In this document: in pieces, positions 14,251 to 27,394 of the stretch
Position numbering within the stretch: the stretch's first letter is position 1
Layout of the letters: each line of letters begins with the position of its first letter
Assembly (NCBI RefSeq): GCF_009914755.1
Contig: NC_060933.1
Reading direction: 5' to 3' (one strand)
DNA from: the human T2T-CHM13v2.0 reference genome, Homo sapiens
Length of the DNA: 64,000 nt
The notes under the pieces: model-generated
What the model was told of the DNA's origin: nothing
Seen by the model: the letters and a program-made list of their open reading frames with translations, nothing else
Database searches by the model: none
Made by a program: the position numbers and the translations under genes

Positions 14251-14533
14251 TTTTTTTTTTTTTTAATTTTAATTTTGTTGTTGTTGTTGAGTCGGAGTCT
14301 CGCACTGTTGCCTGGGCTGGAGTGCAATGGTGCAATCTCGGCTCACTGTAACCTCCGCCTCCCAGGTTCAAGCCATTCTCTTGCTTCAGCCTCCTAGTAG
14401 CTGGGATTACAGGCACCTGCCAGCACACCTGGCTAATTTTTTATATTTTTAGTACAGACAGGGTTTCACTATGTTGGCCAGGCTGGTCTTGAACTCCTGA
14501 CCTTGTGATCTGCCCACCTCAGCCTCCCAAAGT
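14251..14533 (-). mobile_element. AluS-type element, missing the Alu 5' end
   Basis: Poly-T then antisense Alu ending at cctcccaaagt. Confidence 0.93.
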
Positions 14534-15107
14534 TTTTCAGAATTTTTAAGAAAACACTTCTAACCTTAAGCCTTTCTTTCAAACTCAGATCCCCTTACAC
14601 ATTGATCAGACGTAGCAAGTTTGCTTCAAGTTTTTGGAACTGGTTTCCACTTTAGGCTACTGAAGGTCCCATATCCCCAGAAGACTATCCCCTCATCTCC
14701 TCAGCCTCCCGTTTAAAGATACACACTGCAGTCGGGTGGGTGCCAGATGAGGAAAGCGGAAGATGCTGATTCCCTCCCACGCAGTCTCAGGGCCAGAGGG
14801 AAGGAGGGTCCTGCCAGGCTGTCTGGGCCACCCCCCCACTTTGGCTTCAGGACTACAGAAGCATCTCCTACGTTAGGCTGCGTCCAGGAGAGAGGGACTA
14901 AGGGATTTCGTTTAGAAGAAGGGGCAGGGGCTGAGAGTTCGGCTTGTAAATGTGTAGGCGAGAGTGTTGACATACATCACTTCACACCTGATGAAGGAAA
15001 GAGAAGACAGGCTATGAACCTAAGAGGGGTGGAGCGACAGTTTGTCTCCCTTTCAGATGGCCCCAGGCTACTACGAGTCTACGGTTTCACTTGTCCAGTT
15101 TAAATTA

Positions 15108-15845
<738 letters not shown>

Positions 15846-16559
15846 CTAGCCAGGGCCGCCAAGTGCTGGGTCGCTCCACCCACAGCAAGATGGGCCGTGC
15901 TGGTCAGGGCTCCACGGAAAAAGCACAAATAAATCAAACACCAGCTCCTACTTAAGATCTGATGAAATTCTCCATTTCCGCTCCAAATTGAATTCCTCCC
16001 GAAGGATGGGAGCAGCTCCTGGGAGTAATGAAGGCACTCCTTCCTCCTCTGCTAGAAACATGTTTTAGATTAACAGACGCAGTCTTCTAATCTGGGTGGG
16101 TAGGTAGTGTTCAGGAACAGCCTTGAGAAAGTGTTTTCAGACCAGACATGATATTTTTAATCTCGAGGGGCAAGGCGGCAGACATGCAATACGCTTGGCC
16201 TCTGTGGAGGAGGCAGCCCCAGAGGTGGTCTGCTGGGGAAGAATGACAACACGGGAGTGTGGCTGCAAGCCACCCCTGCCTGCCACCTCCTTTTCCTCCA
16301 CCACTTGGAGCCAAAAAGAATTTATGGTGGGGAATAGAAGCAAGAGGGCTTGTGTTTTTTGAGATTTGAAATATCACTTTCCTGCCCATCTCTTATTTGG
16401 GAAAAATAATCAACTCTGTGATTTAAAAAAAAAAAAAAAAGACAAGAAAGAAACGTTTTTAGGATGAAGATGTCATTGAAGTGATTATCTTCCATTCTCT
16501 GTAATGATGATGAATCGACAGTCTGGCATTTGTAGAGGCAGTTGACACAGACCCTTTCA

Positions 16560-17620
16560 AGGGGAAAAAAAGAAACAGTTTTCCAGTGAGGCTTGTCAGG
16601 GGGAAGACTGATCGCCGGCAGGCCGGCTCGGACCATGAGCACAGTTCCAAGAATGCAGGGATGAGGAGGAGCCGGGCTGGGCTGTTGAGTCCAGGCTGAG
16701 GTAGGAGTGCAGTGTTTTACAGGTCCGTTCTGTTTTGTGGGTGGACATGGGTAGATTACCTGTTGGGAAAGAAATACTTAATATTATTCCTTGAAGTGAG
16801 CTAAAGAGAATTACTTTTCTTCACTCACTGTTGAAGAAAAGCAATCTAAAAAAAGAGGTTAAATCTACTTAACATGAGACGTTCAGACATTTAGTGCCCA
16901 AGGGAGGGAAGGAAATTCTCCTTGAAAGAATATTCTGTTGGTCCTTTTATGTCAGGATTTTGTTAACAGCCTTTGAGAAAGGTTATCAAAACCTTACTCC
17001 ATGTTTTTGGTTTAGTTTTTAAAAGAAGCCTTTTCCTTCATAGGGAAATAGCCCCAGAGTATCCAGTATGTCAAACCCAACCTTAGAGGGCCAAACGGGC
17101 CCCGGAGGCTTTCGATTCAGGTTCCCAGCCGGAAAATTGCTTTTCAGGGAGAAGGTCATGTTTTCCGCAGATAGTGGGGTCATTTGTATGGTTAAACGCC
17201 CTTCCTTCTGAGCCGGCAGGATGTTCAGACTTGGCCTCCCTCAGAGGACAGTAGGAAGTACATTTACCCCCGACTCAGAAGAAAGGATTGAAGATGGGAA
17301 GGGGAAATTTAGGTGGAATTCTGGCAACGCTGGGTCCTGTCCCAAGCCCAACAAGATGGACTGAGGCCGGGGTCGTGTCTCCAGAACATTGAAGGGTGGG
17401 GAGGGAAGTGTGGTGCAGACAACAAGGACTGCTCAAGGGGAAAAAATGAAAGGGTGGGAGAAAGAAGTGCCACCCACCCTCCCCACAGCTGCTTTTGTGC
17501 ATTCCTTCAGGCCCTCGCAGACTTTTATATTTGCATAAATGGGCCCTGGTGAGGCTTCCACACTGGGACAGAAGAGCAGGCAGGTCCCCGGACAGTGGAG
17601 GCTTTTTCTTCATGAATAGT
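16560..17620 (+). promoter_or_regulatory. CpG-retaining non-repeat region: candidate internal promoter or enhancer
   Basis: Eight CCGG sites in under 1 kb (16615, 16623, 16672, 17102, 17129, 17213, 17367, 17588); donor-like GAG|GTAGGA at 16701. Confidence 0.4.
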
Positions 17621-19340
17621 CTTAGAGCGATTTCGCAGTCATCCACTCGTGGAAGCTTCCTGGCTGGAGTCCGCCCTCCAGTCTCTGTAAGGACGTGCGT
17701 GTCTGTCTTTCTGGCTGCAGACCCTGCCCACGCAGGCTTGCCCTCCAGCCTGTTTATAAGGCCTGAAGTTACTTCTGTCTTGTTTTAGCCCAAAGGGTGA
17801 ACTGCTGCCAGCAGTATGTCTGGAATGTTATTTACTTGGTACATTTCTGTGGCTTTTTGTAGCATTGCACATGCCAGAGCCATTTACTTGAAAATGCCAG
17901 GTTGCACAGTTTGTCTTCTCAACGGGGTGACTTTCTCAGTTAGGGGAGTTTAGTTCCTGTGTCTCTCAGTTTCTTCCTTCCTTCCTTGTTTTTTTTTTTC
18001 CCCTGAGTTAGTGCTCTGAACAATACTGTTGGTGCCTGTTGCATCGCACCCCTTTATCCTGAGTGCCCCAACTCCACTTGTAATTTCTGGGGTTTCTGGT
18101 GTCCTCTTCAGAGCACCTGGCAGATGCTTTTTCATTTGCATGCCTGCCCTGTTATTACTTCACATGAAAGCTGTCTGTTTTGGCAGACATGACTACCATG
18201 ATTGCAGTTGAGCTCTCTGAGCTGAATGGGTGATGTTGTGTAAGGGAACTCGAGGTGGGGTTTTCTCTAATGGTGGCTGTGGGAGTGGAAGAAAAACCTG
18301 CGAGCAGTCTTGGCTTGTGCCGAGCCGACATGATAGCAAACAAATGACTTTTGAAGGGAGGAACCGGTGTGTACAGTTTCCTAATTTGGAAGGTTTCACA
18401 ACTGTTTTTGTTCAACTGATGGAGGAGAGATTTTTTTAAGGGCAAATTCTTCATTAGGAAGACTGTAAACAAGTCCTGGAAAAAGGATAATTGCTGAAGG
18501 AGGAGGCATGGAAGATATTTGATGGGCCTCTTTCGTCAGCTCCCCTTCTTCCCATTCTACCTATGCAGTTTTAATGGTGATATTTTGGGTTTTAACACAA
18601 GGTATGGAAAATGAGATTAGATAAATCTCCCTGTCTGGTGCCAGTCCTGGGGCCATTTGCACACCTGGGTGGGATAACTCCCTGCCTTCTTTCTGTCAGC
18701 ATAATTTTGTTCTGTCATGTGAGTCTATAAGCACTTGCAGATATGATGGAAAAGCTTGGCCTTACACGGTCTCGGCCTTTATTCGGGCCTCCTGGAAACC
18801 TCAGCCATCCCCGGCACCTGCTCGTTTGTTAACATCATAGCCAGCTCCCCGTGCAGAATGGAACATTTTCTGCTCCATTCTTCTTGGCTTTTTCTGTCCT
18901 TCTGCATGACTTCTCAATTTGTTTGTAAGCTGCTCAGATTTTTGGCTGAAGGGTCTTCTTTGATCACTCTCCTGACAGCTTAGGCTTCACACTGTCACAC
19001 CTGCTCTTCTTTTACAGTCCAGATTTCAGAGTAAATGCTTCCATTGCCTTGTAATTTTTGTTTTGAGTGTAAAACTTTGGTGCAGGTTACTTATTACAGG
19101 TAATAGCCGTTTGATGATGGAGAAAACTGGTTGGCAGAAACGGCCACCTGAACTACAGCCAGAAACATAAACTGCCACTTTATTTATGTCTGAAAGCATC
19201 TAAGCCGCAAGCCTATCTGTCATGATCTAGCATGCACATGATAATAACAGGCTTGCCAGGCTAGGAAAGCTGCCCCATCGGATGGCCATGAGGACAGGCT
19301 CTAACAAGACTCTGTGCATTTTCTCCCCCATTATCCACAG

Positions 19341-19530
19341 CCCACACATCATGTTCCTCTCTCAGAGCATCTTGACAGGAGGGAACCATCTCTGTGGGAC
19401 CCGCCTCTGCCATGAAATTGCCCATGCCTGGTTTGGCCTAGCCATCGGGGCCCGAGACTGGACGGAGGAGTGGCTGAGTGAAGGCTTCGCCACTCACTTG
19501 GAGGATGTGTTTTGGGCCACAGCACAGCAG
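19341..19530 (+). CDS. AOPEP: AOPEP coding exon (190 nt, phase 2 in / phase 0 out) carrying the HEXXH-x18-E zinc-binding motif
   Basis: Acceptor ttctcccccattatccacAG|C and donor CAG|GTgggt. HEIAH at 19411-19425, exactly 18 codons, then GAA at 19480-19482 (WLSEGFA, the M1 'WLNEGFA' motif). Confidence 0.97.
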
Positions 19531-19584
19531 GTGGGTTAAAGTGACCCTAAGTATTTCACTACCCAGAGTCAAATTCCATTTCTG

Positions 19585-19875
19585 GTCATTTGCTCACCCA
19601 ACAGCTATGGACTGAGGGCCTACTATGCACTAGGCACAAATTTTGCTGGGGAGATGGCTGCATAAATAAGAGAGGGAAGCCCCTACTCCCCACAGGATTT
19701 ACAATCTAGAGATGGGAGAGAGAGTAGACAAGTGAATCAGTAATGGGTCAAGTGTTGGAGTACTGTGAAGAGAAATGAGACCCATAGAGGGGCAGTGGGT
19801 CCTATTTTAGAAGGTAGTAAGAGAAGGCCTCTCTGATAAGGAGATATTTGAGCAGAGATGTGAAGAAAAGGTCAT
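19585..19875 (-). mobile_element. L2 LINE fragment
   Basis: tcatttgctcacccaacagctatggactgagggcctactatgcactaggcac is the antisense L2 tail. Confidence 0.65.
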
Positions 19876-20054
19876 GCTATAGCATACTCAAGCACTTCTT
19901 TGTGGTTGTGATTGTGGTGACTTGTGTGTGTGCAGTGTATGTGTGTGTGTTTTAAATAAAGAGATTAAAACATAAATCCAGAGTCATCTCAGATGTCTGC
20001 TCACAAGTAGTGAATGAAGAATGAAGCAGGGGCGGTATAGATTAGGGAATGGTG

Positions 20055-20265
20055 AGAACTGTGGCAAACTGACAGCAGCTACTCAGCTCTAACCAATTGT
20101 CATGGTGAAGGAAGGAGGGCTCAATATAACCTACACTATTAGTTTTTTAAGGTAACTTATAATTCTGGACTTTTATGTGAAGTTTACTAATTTAAAAAAT
20201 ACCACGCAAGACAAACATACCCAGAAGCCAGACCTGGTGCACACGCTCCCAGTTTGCAACCTCTA
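20055..20265. mobile_element. MER103C-like hAT remnant
   Basis: tgtggcaaactg ... ctggacttttatgtgaa ... ccagtttgcaacctct. Confidence 0.5.
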
Positions 20266-20304
20266 CCTTAAAGCATTGGCCACCAGTTCCAATGAGGATG
20301 ATAA

Positions 20305-20643
<339 letters not shown>

Positions 20644-21084
20644 TCAAGTTCCTAATGTTTAGGTCACTTTTTTCCCCCTGTCATCTCTGTCCCTTATACA
20701 CTGGACTATTTGGCATTTTCCAAAATTCCCAAGTTTGTGCATACCTGCATGATATTGTTCAAGGTCCTTTGTCTGTTGAAATCTTATTTATTTTTCACTA
20801 ACCAGCTGGAGGTCACCTTCTCTAGCTAGCCCAGGCTGATTACCCGGCTCACAATTCAACACTACCCTCCTACACACTGTGGGTTCCCACAATACTTGGT
20901 GCTTACCTTTTTAAACTTATTTTATTTTTTCTTTTCCTTCTACTGTGTCATTTCCTTATCCTCACACCTGGACTATACCTGCTTTAAATTGGAGCTGGGT
21001 CTTGCTTTTCATACCCTGGCCGTGGACCCAGCAGTGTGCACATCAGTGTCCCCTGCCACATGGAGTCCTGTGAGGAGAGGCCAC

Positions 21085-21300
21085 ATGATAGATACAGAAA
21101 AGGCTCTGGGGTCTGAGTCAGACAGACTTCCAGTCCTGGCTCTGCCATTCGTTGGCTCTGTGAGTATAGGTAGGTTAGGTAGCCTCCCCAAGCCTCCGTT
21201 TCCTCATTTGTAGAATGGATGTAAGAATGCCAAAGCTTGCAGGGTGAATGGGATCAGGTGTGAATGAGCTTAGCACAGTGCCTGACACGTGGAGAATGTA
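21085..21300 (+). mobile_element. MIR SINE
   Basis: gagtcagacagac...tcctggctctgcca...cctccgtttcctcatttgtagaatgg...gcttagcacagtgcctgacac. Confidence 0.8.
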
Positions 21301-22314
21301 CAAGAAATACCTGTTCCCTTCCTCTTTGTGTTTCCCTCCGTCTTACACACAGGCATTCAGCAGGGGTTTAATATGAACGTGCCTCTATCACCATCTCTTC
21401 CCTGGAGTGCCTCCCTTCTGAGACTCTCAGATTCGCGCTGGTCCTGGCAGTTGTGGTGCATTCCAGGCATCTGATCATGGAACCTCCAGTTTTTATCTCC
21501 TGCATCTCCAAAGAGTGCTCCTCCTTACCCTTCCCTTTGCCTAGACTTCTAGGAGGCCACTCCTTAGTCTGCTGGCTTGGTCCTGCCTCTTGACTGATAA
21601 GTTTACATAGAGAAGTAAACACTAAATATTGTCAGAATTCCGAGGTAGGAGAGGACAGGTCTGGGCGGGCCTGGAAAGCCTTTGTGGAGGCGGTGGCTTC
21701 TGTTGTGAGCCTAAAGGGACAGCAGGAGCTGAGCTTGCCCTGTTGCTCTTTTCCCTTAACATGATAGGAGTCAGCCCCCTCATCATCCTTGGAGGTACAT
21801 GCAGTAACTCTTCGAGATGTGAAAACATGAATATCCCTGAGGCAAAATTGCCATTCTAGATTCCAGCACAAAGTTTGAAACATTTCCAGAGCAAGTCCGC
21901 CAGGCTGACCTCTCCCTTCAAGTGCGAGACTGGGCTGTTGCTGGCCCTGGCGAGTGCCTGCCTCAGACCGTCCAGGGAGTGGGGGAGTGCCCTGTGGGGC
22001 AGGGGTGGGTGTGCCACCTCCCAGGTGCTCCTGGCCAGCAGGCCCCACCCGGGAGCAGGGCATGAGGATACAGGGTGACAGGGGTCACCGGGGTCACTTT
22101 GCTGCCTGGGAGACTGTGCTCTGCAGCACTGAGCAGTAGAAAGCATGGTGGGGCCGGGGGTGGGTTGCGGGGGACATGTGAAATCTCAACAAGGTGATGG
22201 AGACCACCTTCCACTCAGAGAGGCATCCGCAGGGATTTGTGAATCAAGTCAGTCGCAAGGTTGGATGGTGTAACTTGTCATCAACCTGGAGAAAGTCTAA
22301 ATGCCTTCACAGAC

Positions 22315-22713
22315 ATATTAGTCTGCTTGGACTGCCATAATAAATACCAGAGACTGGGTGAATTAAACAACAGACGTTTATTCCTCACAGTTCTGGAGGC
22401 TGGAAGTCCAAGACCAAGGTGCCAGCAGGGTTGGTTTCTGGTGAGGCCCCTCACTCTTCCTGGCTTGCAGGTGGCCACGAGCTGCTTTTTCTCTGCGTTC
22501 TCATATGGCCTTTCCTCTGTGCATGCAGAGAGAAAGTACGCTCTGTTGGCTCTTCCTCTTCTTATAAGAACACCAGCCCTGTAGGATTAGGGCCCCACTC
22601 ATGACTTACTTAACCTTAATGACCTCCTTGAAAGCCTTATCTCCAAATACAGTCACACCGGGGTAAGGCCTTCAACACATATATTTTGTGGAGACACAGT
22701 TTAGTCCATAACA
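22315..22713 (-). mobile_element. MLT1A/B-like solo LTR
   Basis: tattagtctgcttggactgccataa...ttctggaggctggaagtccaaga...ttagtccataaca. Confidence 0.85.
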
Positions 22714-23779
22714 GCAGGCACATGGGGTCTGAGGATCGTCTGGCCTCTGCCAGCTTCCCTGCACCTTGCTCCCTCCCAGAATGGTAGTCTGCTCCAGGCC
22801 TGACCATATGCCTTGCCATTCTCTAAGCACATCACACACTTCCTGGCCCGACGTGCCTTGCAAGTGCTCTTCCCGAAATCCCTCCTCCCCGGCCGACTCC
22901 TCCTTCCCTGAGGATCAGTGCTGTCACCACCACCTCCTCAGGAAGCCCTGGTGGGCAAGGGGGCATCTGGGTTCTCCCTTCACCTCTCCCGTCACCTGCT
23001 CTCTGATGTTAGTGTTCCTGCCCATCTCTCCCTCCCCTGGCTGCTGCCCCAGGCCCTGTCTGTAATGTCCCCATGGCCTAGCAGAGACTCAGTAAATATC
23101 TGTTGAACGAATTATCAGGAAAGTTTGATTTCCAGAAACACCCGTGGATAGACGTCTTCCCTCCCCAGTGGGTGCTCTGCTGCCTTCCCTCACAGAGGTC
23201 GGGGCCGTGTGGCCCAGTGAGCACACCATGGGACGGCAGCTGGTTCTGACTCAGTAGGGCAGAGTGTGATGGCCTCCCCTCCCCCAGAGTGAGTCCAGGC
23301 AGCACTTCTAGTTATGTGCACACAGAATCATCTGGGTTGCATTAGCAGGCCCCGCTGGAAACAGTCCTTAACAAAATTGAGGGCTGGGGAAAATCGGAGG
23401 TGAACGGTGGGGCCTTCCCCATCCTGTGCAGAAAGACAAAGCAGGAAAAGAGGACAGATCAAAGTGGAAATGGTCCCAAGGGAAGCCCACTCTCTCCAGA
23501 CCAGGTGTGTGTCGGTGGGATGGGTGGGTTCCAGAACAAGGCGACCTCCGCCAAACAGCAGGCCCAGCTCCACGGCCAGCAGCACAAGCGAGCGTGCACG
23601 GTTGGTTTTTTGTTTTAGGCACTAAGAGGCTCCAGTGGCCTTTAGGTTTCTGATGGAAGCAAGGTGAGAGCAGGGGCAGGCTATCTTGTCCCCCATTGAA
23701 ACAAAGTGAGCCATTGCACCAGGACCACAACAGTGACTGTGTTTTGTGCATGTGTGTCTGTGTGTCTGTGGCTGAGCAG

Positions 23780-23886
23780 CTGGCCCCCTATGAGGCCCGG
23801 GAGCAGCAGGAGCTGAGGGCTTGTCTGCGCTGGCGTCGCCTCCAGGACGAGATGCAATGCTCCCCCGAGGAGATGCAGGTGTTAAG
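23780..23886 (+). CDS. AOPEP: AOPEP coding exon (107 nt, phase 0 in / phase 2 out): LAPYEAREQQELRACLRWRRLQDEMQCSPEEMQVL(R)
   Basis: Acceptor gctgagcAG|CTG and donor AAG|GTaaag. The frame continues from the previous exon; GC-rich, CpG-retaining codon usage. Confidence 0.93.
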
Positions 23887-25469
23887 GTAAAGCTGCATGG
23901 TGATCCACAGCCCTCTCATTCCCCTCCTTCTTTCCTTCAAGACACCTCCCTGCCAACTGATGACATCTGCTGTGTTTCCTTTTTAAATTAAGTTGGGGTG
24001 GGCTTCTTGTCCCCCAGATGTGATGGTTATGTTCTAAGTCTTTCAGGGCATGCGTTTCGATTTGCCTTCCGTCATTTTCCTGGTGACTGTTTAGGAAAAA
24101 ACTAGCATGAGGCCATTTCCGGGGGTCAGATCCTTCGTTTGAAGTTCTAACAGTCACTTTACGTGGTGGCTGCGGATGTGGCGAGGGTTGGGGTTTGGCA
24201 GCCTGGCAGACAGTAAACCTATAAAGCCAAAGGGGAAAAAAATCTTTAGGAAAATATTGATTCCTAAGTGTTTAGTGGTCACAGATGTATGTGTCAATGG
24301 GCCCTTTTGTTTCCATCGTAGCCCAGCAGGAAGCCTCTGCTGCTCCCCTGTGCAGCAGGATTCCATGGCCAGCTCCTGAGTTTTGTTTGTAGACTGTGGC
24401 TTGTGGCATGTGCAGGATTATTTCATGCCATTTTTCCACGTTTGTCCCTCTCTGCTTTGCTCCTTTTCTTTGTGAAATGTTTATCTGAAACCTGGTACCT
24501 AGGCTCCGGGAGCACTGTGGTTGCTATGGCAACAGGAGGTTCCATCACCTCCCCTCCTCTTCCACTAGAGTCAGATGTTGGTAATCTGCCATCAAACAGG
24601 TGGGGAGGGATGGCCATCCAGGAACTGCTCCTCTCCTCGCCTGTTCTTAGATGGCCGCCCTGAAGGCCCATCTACTTTCCCAGGCAGAGGCCTGCCTTGG
24701 ATGGTTCTGCTGTTGTTGTTTGTTTTTAAATATACACCCCCACTTCGCCTGACTGTGACTGAAGCCTAACGCAAATGCACCCCAGGGAGGGAGCTGGCTG
24801 GGACTTTTGTGCAGCACTGCAGAATGTTGGGGTATGGCAAGCTGCACCCTTCCCACAGCAAAGTTCCCTGCGCTTGCACGCTAAGGCGGACTCCCAAGTT
24901 GACTCATCCATTGTTTCGGAAAGGAGATCTAGCGGAGGGAAGTGGAGCGGGCCAGGAGCCAGGAGACCTGTGTTCCCGCCCCAAAGCCATTGTTCCAGCA
25001 TCTTTTCTCTTGGCCAATGCTGATTGATCCAGGCAGGACAGCTACTCCTATGGCCAAAGTGAACATGGCCCCTGCTCTCACAGAGCTTCCACTTAGCAGG
25101 GACATGGCTACAGGTACCGGCCGGTCACAGGTGGTGCGCAGCACTGTGAGCAGACTGCTCGGTGATGTCCATACTAACTGGAGGGCGGCGCATAAGGAGG
25201 TGGGGAATTTCTCTCTGAAAATGAGCTGCCTTGTGCATAGCCTGCCTGAGGTGGGAAAGGCCTTCATGTGCCTTAGGGACAGAAAGAAGGGCAGTGTGGC
25301 TGGAAAAGGGACTGAGGGCAGGGGCCAAGAGAGGCAGGCAGGAGCCAGGTCACACGAGTCTTTCCCCAAGTTCTTCAGAAGCTGCTCCAGGACCTTCAGC
25401 AGGAAGGTGGTATGATCTGCTCAGTATTTGGACGGTGCTGCTCTGCTGCTGTGTGGAGAGCACCACAGG

Positions 25470-26000
25470 CAGCCGACGGAAAGCCAGGAGAACGGTTGCA
25501 GCCTTGCAGTAGTCCATGCAAGAGGCCCTGGAGTGCCTGTGACAGATGCAAGACGCAGACCTATTTGAAATGTGTTTTGGCTGTGGAACGGGCAGGTCTT
25601 TGGTTGATTGAATGTGGAGAAGAGGAAAATGAGTGTATCCAGAATGACTTTGAGGTTTTTGAGTTGGACAGTTGGGTAGATGGTGATCCCATTTGTGTGA
25701 TGGTAAAGACATGAGGAGGAGCTTGGAAGGAAAATGAAGTTTCCAGCTTTGCATGTGTTAAGTTTGTGATGACCAATAGATATTCAATATTATGAACTTT
25801 GGAGATTACAATTCAGGAGCTCACTGGAGAGACTGGAACATTCAGCCTATAAAACCCTTTAAATCTTGAACACAGTGAAATCCTCAGGGAGAGAGGAAAG
25901 TGAGAGAAGAGGTCAGGAGGAAGAGGGGGAGCCAACAGAGGACTCTGGGGAAACCATTATGTGTTTCCCCAGAGAAAACCAGGGCACTAGGGGCCATGGA
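25470..26000 (-). mobile_element. L2 LINE fragment
   Basis: Purine-rich antisense L2 text (gaatgactttgaggttttt...ccagctttgcatgtgttaagtttg). Confidence 0.55.
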
Positions 26001-27069
26001 AGCCAGAAAAGAAGCTGAGGCAAGCAGGTGGGAGTGGCTGATGTTGGAAGCTGCCTGGGGGATGAAGAGGGGCGAAAGAGAGAGAAGTGGGACTACATGG
26101 GTGATGGAGAAGGAAGTCAGGCTGAAGTGGACAGGAGCATGGATGGGAAGTCAGGAAGCGGGGCTGGTAACTGTAGGCTCTGTGAGAGGGGGTGTGTTGG
26201 CCCAGGAAGCGAGACTGGGAAGGTAGCAGAGGGACATGAGGGCCAGAGAGGTTTGCTTTCAGGTAGGGCGCCCAGGAGCATGCTTACCTGCGAGCTGCCT
26301 CACTGTGCAAATCCCTTCACCTCTTAAAGGCTCAGTCCCTCCACCTAAGAGGTCATTTCCATTACGTCTCTTAGTCCCTTTGATCCCTTTGGTTTTGCAT
26401 AACCATAGTCCTTCAGTGGGGTAGGGGCATCTCAGTAAATGTGAGTTTTGGTGAACTGTGTTTCCAACTTGTAAGCAAGTTAGACTGCACCCTGGGAAGT
26501 CAGTTCACACATGAGGAGGGCCTCATCTCTGGCTTCCCTGGAGCCTGAGTCAACCAAGCTTCTGATGGCCAAGATCTTTTCCTTTGTGTGTGGAGTTGGG
26601 AGAACAATCTAGTATTTTTAGACCTTTGTACTAGACAGTTTTTTATGGCATTTGCTTTTCTTTGTCTTCGTATTCAGAAATTTTGTTTGCCTAAATTTAG
26701 GCTAACCATGAATTGACTGCATTTGAAAGGCTTATTGCACATCAATAAGGAAAATATTGTTATCAGATGTACTTACAATGAGGAGGAAATGTTTCCGAAC
26801 CTGCCCTGAATTATATAGTCTAGGTTTCGTTTACTCCCATCCCCTAGAATTCTCCCTTAAATGGACACAGAGAACCTGGAAGTTATTGAAAGTAAAAGGA
26901 AGAACCAGACTTGTAAAAATTTGTTCTCAGATTTTGTTTTCAATGAGACCTTGGGAAAGAAGTCCCTTAAAAACAATCAGATGCTATCTTGTTCTTTCTT
27001 TCAAGATGCCCCATGGTCTTGAAATGATGGGCCATAACAACGTAAAAATCTCGCTTTATGTCTTGATAG

Positions 27070-27109
27070 GTTTCCACATGTTGGCGGATGCAGTGGAAGC
27101 TTCTCTTGA
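27070..27109 (+). CDS. AOPEP: Probable alternative terminal exon start: (R)FPHVGGCSGSFS-stop
   Basis: Acceptor ctcgctttatgtcttgatAG|G fits the phase-2 donor at 23886; TGA at 27107-27109. Matches my recollection (unverified) of a short AOPEP isoform C-terminus. Confidence 0.6.
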
Positions 27110-27286
27110 GATCTTTGCCACACTGTTCAACATGTTTGACCACTCTGTCCTAAAAACGCTTTCTTCTTAAAGCACTTTCTCCTCCTGGCTTCTGTGTGTC
27201 TTACTCTCCTTGAGTTCCCTCTGCCTCTGTGGCCAGTCCTTCCTCACCTCTCTTGCTGGCAGGTTAACAGTCTCCACTTCAATAGC

Positions 27287-27394
27287 CCAAGGCTCAGAAA
27301 GACTGAGTAATGCGTCTAACCTCCTCTAGCTGATAAAGAACCAAGGCTCAGAAAGACTGAATAACGTGTCTAACCTCCTCTAGCTGATAAAGAA
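27287..27394. repeat. Tandem duplication, 2 x 54 bp, within a MIR-like fragment
   Basis: ccaaggctcagaaagactga...gctgataaagaa at 27287 and 27341; 3 mismatches. Confidence 0.93.

Noticed and set aside
19351-19365. Cryptic acceptor ttcctctctcAG inside the Zn exon
   Set aside because: 25 nt downstream of the true site, so it frameshifts; the upstream AG has a good tract and the correct phase.
24942-25415. Cluster of overlapping 130-157-aa ORFs on both strands
   Set aside because: GC-rich intron with low stop density; no domain similarity or consistent splice sites.
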